Origin: a virus
Lineage: Duplodnaviria > Caudoviricetes
DNA length: 38,138 bases
Reading direction: 5' to 3' (one strand)
IMG/VR virus record: IMGVR_UViG_3300042191_000039
Coordinates: 1 to 38,138 of that record
Part shown: one piece after another, positions 9,682 to 21,958 of the stretch
Layout: each line of letters begins with the position of its first letter
How positions within the stretch are numbered: position 1 is the first letter of the stretch
Translations under genes and position numbers: made by a program
Notes under the pieces: model-generated
Databases searched by the model: none
Told to the model about the DNA's origin: nothing
The model's input: only the letters and a program-made list of their open reading frames with translations

Positions 9682-10118
9682 CGACCTTCGAGAATGAGGC
9701 GCCCGACGTGCTCGACTTCCTCAAGGATCTGATCGTCGAGTTCGGGACGGGCACCGGCATTGCGGGTCTGAGCGTGCGTCGTGGCCGACTAGCCTCGTCG
9801 GACGACCCCATGACGGAGGCCGTGATCCTGCTCGAGGAAGCCGGCTCGCTCGAAGCCGTCACGTACCGCGTCTACCTCCCCTTCCGGGTCGAGATCACCG
9901 TGCTCGCCGCGACCGAGGGCGAGGCATCGCGGCTCCTCAGAATCCTCATGCGTATTCTCACCGGCCTGACCAACGTCATCCGCTCTGGCGTTGCGCTGGG
10001 CTGCGTGCTCGACGAGACGGGGCCGCAACCCCGCCAGGACGCCGACACGGATTGGCCGGGTCGATCGACGATCGCGGGCCTTTACATGCCGTCCGTCCTG
10101 CTATCGGAAGCCAGTTAG
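9678..10118 (+). CDS. Putative tail terminator
   Basis: 146 aa immediately before the major tail gene; RVEITVLAATEGEASRL pattern. Confidence 0.6.
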   Translation: MTTFENEAPDVLDFLKDLIVEFGTGTGIAGLSVRRGRLASSDDPMTEAVILLEEAGSLEAVTYRVYLPFRVEITVLAATEGEASRLLRILMRILTGLTNVIRSGVALGCVLDETGPQPRQDADTDWPGRSTIAGLYMPSVLLSEAS

Positions 10119-10141
10119 CTCATGTAACCGTTGTCCGCAAC

Positions 10142-10207
10142 CCCGTTCGGCCCGAGTGCGAGTGAAGGCCGGTTAGCGGGTCCCCTTACTCGCAGGGAGT
10201 ACGCCTA
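10142..10207 (+). promoter_or_regulatory. Structured leader of the major tail gene, homologous to the capsid leader
   Basis: cggcc..tgcgagtg..ggccg followed by tccc-cttactcgca-gggag. Confidence 0.6.
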
Positions 10208-10717
10208 GTGGTCACCTCAATCAACCCCGAGCAGTTGTTCTTCGGAACGGTTGCTTCCCTCACCTACGGCGGGACCGACGTCGGCGCGACCGTTGATCCG
10301 CCGGTCGTCACGATCACGCCCACCAAATACGCGCCCGAGTTCCAGAATGCGATCGGGCCGGTCACGGGTGCAGTGTTCATCACGGCGGTGGAAGCCAAGT
10401 GCGAGCTGACCGTCAACGAGATCACCGCCGAGAAGCTGGCCTGGGGTCTCCCCGGTGCCGAAGTCGCCGGCGATGTCATCACTTGGACTCCCGGTCGCGT
10501 CGCATCGACCGCGTTCAAGGATCTCGTCCTCACGGGCGAGGGTCTCGATGGGCGGTCACTGATCTTCACCCTGTTCAACGCTCTTCCCGAGGGCGCCCTG
10601 TCGATCCCGTTCTCCAAGTCGGAGATCTCGGGTATGAAGCTGACCTTCATCGGCTACGTGGACACGGCGACGCCGACAACGGCGCCGTTCGCCATCGAAC
10701 TCGATCTGGGCAGCTAA
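10208..10717 (+). CDS. Major tail (tube) protein
   Basis: 169 aa beta-rich protein (YGGTDVGAT, ELTVNEITAEKLAWGL); between terminator and chaperone. Confidence 0.8.
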   Translation: MVTSINPEQLFFGTVASLTYGGTDVGATVDPPVVTITPTKYAPEFQNAIGPVTGAVFITAVEAKCELTVNEITAEKLAWGLPGAEVAGDVITWTPGRVASTAFKDLVLTGEGLDGRSLIFTLFNALPEGALSIPFSKSEISGMKLTFIGYVDTATPTTAPFAIELDLGS

Positions 10718-10723
10718 TCCTGG

Positions 10724-10776
10724 GCCGGGGCGGTGGACAGAGCCGCCCCGGCACCCTCTCTGTCAGGAGCAAGTGA
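10724..10776 (+). promoter_or_regulatory. GC hairpin whose loop pairs with the sequence abutting the SD of the tail chaperone
   Basis: Stem 10724-10733/10743-10752; gacagag at 10736-10742 is complementary to ctctgtc at 10758-10764; AGGAG at 10765. Confidence 0.55.
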
Positions 10777-11349
10777 ATGACAATCGAGATGCGCAACGGA
10801 CAGACGCCCACCGATATGCTCATGCGGCACGGTATCCCGCTGATGTTCGGGACCGAGACCTACCGCGTCCGTCCGCGGACCATGAACCGCGACAAGGAAT
10901 GGCTGAGCGTCGTCTTTCAGCGCGTGTTCGGCAAGGCATCGCTGCTCGACGACCCCAACCCGATCCCGGCCATCATCGCGGCGCTCGGCGATTCGACCGA
11001 CGACATGCTCGACATGATCGTGGCCTACGAAGACAACGACGAGGGCCTGTCGCGTCAGCTTCCCCCAAGGGAATGGTTCGAGTCCAACGCCTACACCCAG
11101 CAGATCACGACCGCCTTCACAACGCTCCTGGAGGTGGCGCACCCCCCTTTCGCGGTGAGCCGGAGGCTCCTGCCGGCGGACAAGGCGGCGGCGATCATCG
11201 GGAACCTGATCGAGTGGGTCATGCGCGACTTCCTCAAGGTGATGGCCTCAACACCGCCCGAGCCTTCGCCCTCTGCCTCAGTACCTTCGGGTTCCGAACG
11301 CCCCAAGAGGTCGAGGAAGCCTGGACCAACGGTCAGTTTGAAGTCCTGA
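10777..11349 (+). CDS. Tail assembly chaperone (gpG-like)
   Basis: Follows the major tail gene; AGGAG RBS; overlapping -1 frame open to 11567. Confidence 0.75.
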   Translation: MTIEMRNGQTPTDMLMRHGIPLMFGTETYRVRPRTMNRDKEWLSVVFQRVFGKASLLDDPNPIPAIIAALGDSTDDMLDMIVAYEDNDEGLSRQLPPREWFESNAYTQQITTAFTTLLEVAHPPFAVSRRLLPADKAAAIIGNLIEWVMRDFLKVMASTPPEPSPSASVPSGSERPKRSRKPGPTVSLKS

Positions 11350-11567
11350 TGAATGCCGTCGTGGATCAACGCAAGCTGGAGTCCGAGGCGCTGGTGGCGA
11401 ACATTGCCACGGCCATCGGGATCAGCTTCTCACAGGAGGCGTTGACCGCGTGGCAGTCGTCACATGGCTCGTCCGGCCCCGACGCGGGCGCTGTGGCGGC
11501 CTACAAGGGCACCGTGGGCCGGATTGCATCGATGTTCCCCGGCGCGGTTCGAGTGAGGTCGAACTAG
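11145..11567 (+). CDS. Tail assembly chaperone -1 frameshift extension (gpGT-like)
   Basis: In-frame slippery heptamer C CCT TTC at 11145-11151; the -1 frame reads ...TPQEVEEAWTNGQFEVLMNAVV... to a stop at 11567. Confidence 0.6.
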   Translation, partial: PFRGEPEAPAGGQGGGDHREPDRVGHARLPQGDGLNTARAFALCLSTFGFRTPQEVEEAWTNGQFEVLMNAVVDQRKLESEALVANIATAIGISFSQEALTAWQSSHGSSGPDAGAVAAYKGTVGRIASMFPGAVRVRSN

Positions 11568-12052
11568 TGGCCGGCTTCCAGTACGACGAAGCCGCCCTTC
11601 TCCGGTTCGAGGCTGCCCTGGCCGAAGGCATCCACGACTGGGCGGCGAATGAGGCCGTATCCGCGATTGCTGCCCTCGCTCCGCGCGGCGACGGGCGACG
11701 GGACCGAAAGAAGTGGCCCGTGCCGTACCACCGGACCATCCGGGCGACGACCTTCCACCGGGGTCGGATCGTCGGCGGGCGCCCGGTCAGGGGCCGCGCC
11801 GTGCGCTCCAAGGCCGAGATCTGGACGATCGTCTACACTGGGGATGCCCGAGGCGTGTGGCTGGAGCGCGGTGTCCGGCCCCATGACGTGTCTAGGCGCG
11901 ATGCCGTCGTGACGGCACGAGGCAACCGGCAGCGGGTCAAGCATCCGGGCGCTCGTCGCCGGCCGCACTTCGGCATCGGCATCCTCGCCGCCCGATCCCT
12001 GATCGCGCCGTCGATGCGTGGCGCGGTCGTCCGCAGGTTCGAGGTCCGCTGA
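11567..12052 (+). CDS. HK97 gp10-like tail-completion/neck protein
   Basis: Basic protein with APRGDG, WLERGVRPH and VKHPGARRRPHF; coupled to both neighbours. Confidence 0.65.
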   Translation: MAGFQYDEAALLRFEAALAEGIHDWAANEAVSAIAALAPRGDGRRDRKKWPVPYHRTIRATTFHRGRIVGGRPVRGRAVRSKAEIWTIVYTGDARGVWLERGVRPHDVSRRDAVVTARGNRQRVKHPGARRRPHFGIGILAARSLIAPSMRGAVVRRFEVR

Positions 12053-14763
12053 TGGCTGCCGGAGCCGTGACCGTTGCCCGGCTGGCGACGCTCATGGAGA
12101 TGGACCTCGCCGCCTACCGGCAGGGGCTCAAGACCGCCAAGACCGAGGGCGATGCTGGCGCCAAGAGCATCGGTCAGTCGTTCAAAGAGGCGTTCCGTAA
12201 GTCCGCGTCCGCTGAGAACCTGCTCAACTTTCGCGGGCTGATCGACCAGGCCCGAAACCAACGGACTCCGCTCCGGGAGGTGTTCGCGGGTGTCGCCCTT
12301 GACGCTGGACGCGATCTTCGGACGGCGATTACGTCGGGCATCCAGATCGCCGGTCAACGGGGAGCCTCGTTCCTCAAGCAGACGTTCGGTGGCATCGCTT
12401 CGGCGGCCAAGTCCGTCCTCCAGGGAGTGTTCATCGGCATCGGATTTGCGGCCTTCCAGGCGGCGACACGGGCGATCAGCGATCTCATTCACCTGATCCC
12501 CGACCTCATCACGCGCGGCCGCGAGTACGGCATCGTCGTCGATCAGATCGGCGACGCCACCGGGGCATCCGCGGAGGCATCGTCACGACTTGCCGGGACC
12601 CTTGTCTACCTAGGGGCACCGATCGGGTCCATCGTCAACCTCCTGGGGCAGATGTCGCGCAACCTTGACGAGAACGAAGACCGGCTCAACGCCGCCGGCG
12701 TCGCGACCCGCGAGAACTCGGGCGCACTGCTCAACCAGGTGCAGATCCTCGAAAACGCCCGACAGGCGTTCAGCCGGTACGGCGACGGCACGGCCAAGGC
12801 CGCCCTGATCGCACGCGAGTTCGGGCGCGGCGGGCTCCAGGTGCTGGTCGACTACCTCAAGCTGACCGACGAGCAGGCACGACAGGTCACCGCTGATCTC
12901 GAAGCGCAAGGGCTCATCATCAGCGAATCCCAGCGCAACATGGCCGAGACGGCGCAACGCGAGGGCAACCGCTTCCAGAACGCCCTGACTGGACTTGGGC
13001 AGACGCTGTTCACGGTCATCGGGCCGCAGATCACCGCGTTCTTCTCGAACCTGTCGGACACGATCACCGCGCACGCAACCGAGATCGCCACCGCCATCTC
13101 GAGCGTCGTGTCGTTCATCCTCGGCATGGTGTCGAGCCTGACCGGCGTGTCTACGGGGCTGGACAGCTTCTCCGGCGGGATCGCGCGGGGTAATCGGGTC
13201 GTCTCGCCGTACTCGGCGCAGCTCCTCCAGCTCAACGTCGAGCTTGCCGACCTGAATGACAAGCAGAAGGCCGCGACCAACTCGACCGACGCCCAGCGTA
13301 AGGCCATCGACCGGCAGATCGATGCCGTACAGCGGGAGATCACCGTCCTCCAGCGGCAGGAGAAGGCCCAGGACACCCTGTTCAGGCGGGCCATCTCCGG
13401 GCTGTCGCGGGTCTACCAGCTCCGCCTCGATGCTCTGGATCTGGCGGAACGCGAACGGGAGAACCTCGAACGCCAGCGCGACTTGAATGAACGGCTCAAT
13501 GAGGCACAGCTCGCGTTGGCCGAGGCGCAGAGGGGCGAGCCCCAAGGTGGTCAGCGGGTCGTCGATGCCGAGGCCGTCGCGGACGCGATGCAACAGGTTA
13601 CCGATATCCAGCAGCAGCAGGCCGAGAACGCACGCAAGATCGAGACTGACCAGCAGCGGGCATCGCTCGAAGCGACGCAGGCGTACATCGAATCGATCGG
13701 CGAGCTGTTGGAGAAGGCTGAGAACAAGCGAGCCGCACTCAACACGTTGCGTCGCCGAAGGTCTGTCCTGGAGGAACGTCTCGCGGCTCAGGAGGCCGCA
13801 GGCGATACGGAGGGAGCCACTGACACCCGCGCCCGCATCGAGGCTATCGCCACGGCCGAGGTCAGGGCTCAGGAGCAGATCCGCAACCAGGCCAAGGAGG
13901 ATTCGCTCCAGCGCCAGAAAGCACTCCTGGAAGAGGAGAAGGCGGCCGTCAAGGCGGCGGTTGTGGACACGACAGCTATCCGCAGGCGCGAGCTGGAGAA
14001 GCAGATCAAGGATCTGGAAGCTCAGAACGTGGAGTGGTCGAAGCTGACCGGCAAGCAGAAGGACGACCTGTACGACGTCACGTTCGCCATCACGGGCGAA
14101 GGCGGTCTGACCGCGGCAATGCGGGAAGCGCGCGATGCCGGGGTCGAGATGGGCGAAAAGATCAAGGCGGCATTCGAGGGACTGAAGGATCTGATCGACG
14201 GCATCATCACGGGCTTGGGTGAGATCGGGGCCAGCCTCGACCATCTCAACGGCTTTGCCGCCCTGATCGCGGACCTCATCGCTCTCACCAAGCTCGGGGC
14301 CGGGGCCGGCGGGGTCGTTGCGGCGCCGTTCACCTTCGCCGGGGACACCCCGCCACGAGTCGGGACGCAGAGCCAAGCCGTCATCGACAGGCTCCGGGAT
14401 CAGAACCCAAAGGGCACAGTCGACCTGTCCATGCTCGGCGTCTACGCCAGCCTGCTCAAGCCGGGGATGACAAACGAGGAGGCTGTAGGCGCCCTGATAA
14501 AGGCCGGTTACGGTAAGGGGGAAGGTGGCTGGATTGGCTTGCGGGGACCGGAGTTGTTCCTCGGCGGCGAGCGTGGCCGGGAGTACGTCCTCGACAACAA
14601 GCTCTCCGAGAAGTTCAATCGGATGGCGGATGTCTTCTCAACGATGCGGATGCCCGAGATGGTCCCGGCGGGCGATACCGTCGTCTACACCACGGTCAAC
14701 CTCGACGGTCAGCCGTTGATCCGGCTCGTTGAGCGACATCAGGCCGACCGGCGGCGATTCTGA
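12052..14763 (+). CDS. Tape measure protein
   Basis: 903 aa Ala/Gly-rich helical/coiled-coil protein; C-terminal GGWIGLRGPELFLGGERGREYVL and TVNLDGQPL. Confidence 0.93.
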   Translation: MAAGAVTVARLATLMEMDLAAYRQGLKTAKTEGDAGAKSIGQSFKEAFRKSASAENLLNFRGLIDQARNQRTPLREVFAGVALDAGRDLRTAITSGIQIAGQRGASFLKQTFGGIASAAKSVLQGVFIGIGFAAFQAATRAISDLIHLIPDLITRGREYGIVVDQIGDATGASAEASSRLAGTLVYLGAPIGSIVNLLGQMSRNLDENEDRLNAAGVATRENSGALLNQVQILENARQAFSRYGDGTAKAALIAREFGRGGLQVLVDYLKLTDEQARQVTADLEAQGLIISESQRNMAETAQREGNRFQNALTGLGQTLFTVIGPQITAFFSNLSDTITAHATEIATAISSVVSFILGMVSSLTGVSTGLDSFSGGIARGNRVVSPYSAQLLQLNVELADLNDKQKAATNSTDAQRKAIDRQIDAVQREITVLQRQEKAQDTLFRRAISGLSRVYQLRLDALDLAERERENLERQRDLNERLNEAQLALAEAQRGEPQGGQRVVDAEAVADAMQQVTDIQQQQAENARKIETDQQRASLEATQAYIESIGELLEKAENKRAALNTLRRRRSVLEERLAAQEAAGDTEGATDTRARIEAIATAEVRAQEQIRNQAKEDSLQRQKALLEEEKAAVKAAVVDTTAIRRRELEKQIKDLEAQNVEWSKLTGKQKDDLYDVTFAITGEGGLTAAMREARDAGVEMGEKIKAAFEGLKDLIDGIITGLGEIGASLDHLNGFAALIADLIALTKLGAGAGGVVAAPFTFAGDTPPRVGTQSQAVIDRLRDQNPKGTVDLSMLGVYASLLKPGMTNEEAVGALIKAGYGKGEGGWIGLRGPELFLGGERGREYVLDNKLSEKFNRMADVFSTMRMPEMVPAGDTVVYTTVNLDGQPLIRLVERHQADRRRF

Positions 14764-16403
14764 TGGCCCTGACCGTCGAACTCGTCACCGAAGACGTGAC
14801 CGCCGCCCTGTTGTGGGAATCGCTGCGCGTCACCGAATCAATCGGCCAGCCCGACGAACTGTCGGTCGACGTGATCGGTATCCTCACGAGCCCCGATTTC
14901 ACCCAGCCGGTCATCGATGCCTTCGCGAATCCGCAGGGGCAGCTAGGGGCGGTCGTTAGGCTCGGCAGCGATGTGCTGTTCTCCGGGCCGGTGCGTCTCT
15001 CGGAGGAGGAGAAACCCGCCAAGGGCGTGCTCAAGCGGTCGCTCAAAGGGACCGGCTGGGAGTTCCTCGCCGCAAGACGGTTGGTTGGGGTTCCCAATGG
15101 GTCCAACTTCTTGATCCAGGGCGAAGATGAAGTCGATCGACTGCCGACCGCCGTGGCGATCGACCCAGCCGCGATCGGGCAGCCGACGGCAGGCTCCGTT
15201 ACGTCCCTGTGGACGAACTACTGGATCTGGCCCGGCATCGACCTCACGACCTACGTCTCGGACATCCTGCCGGTCGGAGTATCGGTCGAGGACATCACCT
15301 GGTCAGGGACCGACCTCGACGGAGCAACCTCGGACCTCGCTGCCTATGGCTCGGCTTCTGCATTGTGGTGGCTGGCGAACGATTCCCCGGACGCACAGTT
15401 GGCCGACGCGCCGAACCTCGCGCTCCACTTCGGGGTGCTCGTGCTTCCTGACCCCGGTGAGACGGAGGACGACCTGTTGGCGGGTTTCCCGATGGCCGAC
15501 CAGCCGACGGTCGTTGCTCCGTACGAGATAGACAACGACACCCCGAACGGCACGACGCGGATCATGCCGAACCTAATCCGGCGGTCGGTCGATCACGGTG
15601 GACGGACGGACGGCTTTTACGTCCGGGGTGCGACCGGGTACACAGAGGAAGTACTCGAAGCCCCGCCGGGCTGGCCGGTCCCCTACCAGATCGGGCTTGT
15701 CATCGAAGGCGGGACGGGCTGGGCCTCGGCCGGCGCCAACGGGTTTTCGGGTGGTCGGTACGGTGAGGAGTACCTCGACGCGCCCGCGGCTACCACGAAA
15801 GAGCAGCGGGATTCCTTTGGTCTCGCGAGCCTCCAGGACAAGATCTTCGCCAAGTCCACCTACACTATCGTCGTCACAGCCTACGACGGCTGGCACAAGG
15901 GCCAGGCGGTCAAGGTCACGGATGCCGACTTCGGCCTCGACGAAGCGTGGCTGCTCATCCGGTCGGTCGAGATGACCGCCAAGTCACCGCTTTCCGACGC
16001 CTTCCAGTACACCCTCACCTGCGGCGACACGCTGTCGGCCCAACTCGGCTACGCGCTCCGCAAGCAGCGGCTCGCCGAGCAGCGCAAGGAGATCGCGCCG
16101 GCGACTCAGTTCGTCATGTACGTCGGCGACCTGCTGCTCGCTCCGGGCGAGACGGCACCCATAACGGGGCAACTCGCCAATGATGCCGGGAAAGCGATGC
16201 CGGTCAAGGGCGTTCCCGCGCAGTGGTTTCTCATGGTCAACGGGGTCAACCTGACCAACCCCGAGGACACCGGGTCGGCGTTCTACCTGTCGGCCCTCGT
16301 CTCTGTGACGGATGCGGCAGGACAGATCACCTGCACTCTCAATGCCGGTGCGGGAGCGACGGCCGCGGATGCCGCGGCGCCGTTCGCGAAGGTCGCGCTA
16401 TGA
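14763..16403 (+). CDS. Minor tail / tail-tip hub protein
   Basis: 546 aa directly after the tape measure gene; GWHKGQAVKVTD..LIRSVEMT..YTLTCGD OB-like segment followed by an Ig-like C-terminus. Confidence 0.75.
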   Translation: MALTVELVTEDVTAALLWESLRVTESIGQPDELSVDVIGILTSPDFTQPVIDAFANPQGQLGAVVRLGSDVLFSGPVRLSEEEKPAKGVLKRSLKGTGWEFLAARRLVGVPNGSNFLIQGEDEVDRLPTAVAIDPAAIGQPTAGSVTSLWTNYWIWPGIDLTTYVSDILPVGVSVEDITWSGTDLDGATSDLAAYGSASALWWLANDSPDAQLADAPNLALHFGVLVLPDPGETEDDLLAGFPMADQPTVVAPYEIDNDTPNGTTRIMPNLIRRSVDHGGRTDGFYVRGATGYTEEVLEAPPGWPVPYQIGLVIEGGTGWASAGANGFSGGRYGEEYLDAPAATTKEQRDSFGLASLQDKIFAKSTYTIVVTAYDGWHKGQAVKVTDADFGLDEAWLLIRSVEMTAKSPLSDAFQYTLTCGDTLSAQLGYALRKQRLAEQRKEIAPATQFVMYVGDLLLAPGETAPITGQLANDAGKAMPVKGVPAQWFLMVNGVNLTNPEDTGSAFYLSALVSVTDAAGQITCTLNAGAGATAADAAAPFAKVAL

Positions 16404-16879
16404 GCCCTCTCGGACAGAAGGTAAAGATCAGGAGCGGCGGGTCCGGCTCGAGCGTCGGCGCGCGCATTTCCGATACCGCTGGGACGACCATTCCCTCCAG
16501 TATCGACACAAGTTTGATCTTGGGAGATACCGACCGCGATTCGACTCCCTCATTTATTGACGCAGCGAACTCGAATGCGCTGACCATTCCCGTTGGTGGT
16601 GCAGGCAAGTACATCGGAGTCGGTCGTTTCAGGATGACCACCCTCGCCTCGGGCTACGCTCAGATCCGGATCGACCAATACCGAGCATCGGTCCGGCCGA
16701 GTACCAATATTCCCGAGGTCCGGGACAGCTTCATTCCGGGTGGGGCTGTCGAACTCAGCGTCTCTGACCTATTCGCTGGCGAGGAGGGTGACTGGTTCAT
16801 GCTTACAGCATTTCAGACATCGGGGAGCGACAAGGTTGTGACGGAGGCATATCTCAGCCTTGAACTGATCGGGACCTAG
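16400..16879 (+). CDS. Minor tail protein, C1q/TNF-like beta sandwich
   Basis: ALTIPVGGAGKY, GDWFMLTAFQTSG pattern; ATGA coupling. Confidence 0.55.
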   Translation: MSPLGQKVKIRSGGSGSSVGARISDTAGTTIPSSIDTSLILGDTDRDSTPSFIDAANSNALTIPVGGAGKYIGVGRFRMTTLASGYAQIRIDQYRASVRPSTNIPEVRDSFIPGGAVELSVSDLFAGEEGDWFMLTAFQTSGSDKVVTEAYLSLELIGT

Positions 16880-16893
16880 TGGAGTAAGAAAAG

Positions 16894-17390
16894 ATGGCAA
16901 ATCCAGTTGCTCCCACCGAAGGCGGCGGACGCCGCATCCCGTTCCTGGCGGATCCGGACAACACGAGCGTCGCCTACCTGCCGTTCGGTATCGGCGCGGC
17001 CAACCTCGGAGCCGGTGTCACCCCCGGCGCCGCGGAGGCGGTCACGCCTTGGGGTGTCGGCTCCGATGGGGTGATCCTGCGTCCCTACGTCGCAGACACG
17101 TTCGTCCCGTTCGACCTGACCACGGTCACCACAGAGCAGCTCATCTGGAACCCAGCGGCGGGCAAGTCGTTCCGACTCCTTGGGCTGGTCATCAAGAGCA
17201 CCGTGGAGGCAGACCTCAATCTCCTCGACGGGACGGGCGGCTCGGTCATCTTCACCATCGGAGCCGGTGATTCGGTGGCGCTCCCGCTCAATCTCGGGCC
17301 GAACGGGATCCTCGGGACGGTGGACGCTTCGCTGTACGTCACGTCGAGCGCAAGCGCGGACATCGCCGGGACGGTCTGGGGCTGCGTCGA

Positions 17391-17394
<4 letters not shown>
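16894..17394 (+). CDS. Putative minor structural protein
   Basis: Beta-rich, IWNPAAGKSFRLLGLVI; GGAG RBS; in the tail module. Confidence 0.55.
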
Positions 17395-21118
<3,724 letters not shown>

Positions 21119-21212
21119 TCCTAATCACGATACGCTCAGTATCGCTGCGTGAGGGCGTTTGTGTCCGAGCTCGACCCGGCGATCATCGAGACATGGCGGA
21201 CTGTCGCGGCGC

Positions 21213-21641
21213 TCATCCGTTTGGCGCGCCTGATCGAGTCCGGGCTGTGGCCGCCTTCACCCGATCGCGGAGCATGTCGGCGACGACCTCCCCCAGAGGA
21301 CCAACGAAGGAATCTAGTCGTTCCACGAGAGCGTTGATCGCCTCCGTCTGGGCTGTGAGTGCAGCCACCAGCGCATCGGCCGGCTCCGTCGGTTCTATGA
21401 GGTCTGGGAGGTCGTCAGGGCTCTTGCCGAAGAAGCCGACGATGAACTCTTGTTCGGCGATCGTTGGTATGCGCGTTCCGATATCGAGGGCGCGGTAGGA
21501 CGCGCGGCTCTTTGGCCCGAACTGGAGACCAAAGCGCAGCTCCTCAAAGGCGCGCTGCTGGCTCCAGCCGCGGTCCTCGCGCATCCGTGTAAGGAACGAA
21601 GCCCATCGTCCCCGAGGCTTCGTTCGTGGCCGGTACGACAC
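21213..21641 (-). CDS. XRE-family HTH repressor (CI-like)
   Basis: LTRMREDRGWSQQRA..YRALDIGTRIP; divergent from the cro-like gene. GTG 21641 chosen from promoter spacing; ATG 21665 is an alternative. Confidence 0.75.
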   Translation of the reverse strand: MSYRPRTKPRGRWASFLTRMREDRGWSQQRAFEELRFGLQFGPKSRASYRALDIGTRIPTIAEQEFIVGFFGKSPDDLPDLIEPTEPADALVAALTAQTEAINALVERLDSFVGPLGEVVADMLRDRVKAATARTRSGAPNG

Positions 21642-21677
21642 GTAATCACTATGCGCGTCTGTCATGACAGTTGTCAA
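21642..21677 (-). promoter_or_regulatory. Leftward sigma70-type promoter for the repressor
   Basis: TTGACA-18 nt-CATAGT-6 nt-GTG; perfect palindrome ctgtcatgacag (21659-21670) in the spacer. Confidence 0.6.
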
Positions 21678-21716
21678 CGGGTCACGCACAAACGCGGTGA
21701 CACCTGACAAAACGAT

Positions 21717-21760
21717 GCGAACGGCTTGACATTCGTTATGCCGTTCGCTAAGTTTATCCC
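21717..21760 (+). promoter_or_regulatory. Rightward early promoter with overlapping inverted repeat (operator candidate)
   Basis: TTGACA(21726)-17 nt-TAAGTT(21749)-6 nt-ATG; gcgaacggc 21717-21725 and gccgttcgc 21740-21748. Confidence 0.75.
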
Positions 21761-21958
21761 ATGCCAATCACAGGACGCGATCTCCGGGTTGAGCGAAGGC
21801 TCGCCGATGTCACCGTTGTCGATGTAGCCGCACGAATGGGCCTCTCCCGCCAGGCACTCTGGGCGATGGAGCGGTCCGCAGTCGTCAAGCCCGAGCGGGC
21901 TGCCGCCTACCGCGAGGCCCTCCGAGCCGTCATCGAGACGGCAGCGAGTGCCGCGTGA
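21761..21958 (+). CDS. Cro-like XRE HTH protein
   Basis: LRVERRLADVTVVDVAARMGLSRQALWAMER; 65 aa. Confidence 0.85.
   Translation: MPITGRDLRVERRLADVTVVDVAARMGLSRQALWAMERSAVVKPERAAAYREALRAVIETAASAA

Noticed and set aside
12610-14376. 588-aa minus-strand ORF
   Set aside because: Antisense shadow of the tape measure gene
21149-21498. Plus-strand ORFs antisense to the repressor
   Set aside because: No RBS or motif; they overlap a better-supported gene
21642-21767. Long N-terminal extension of the repressor in the ORF track
   Set aside because: It would run through both promoters and overlap the cro start
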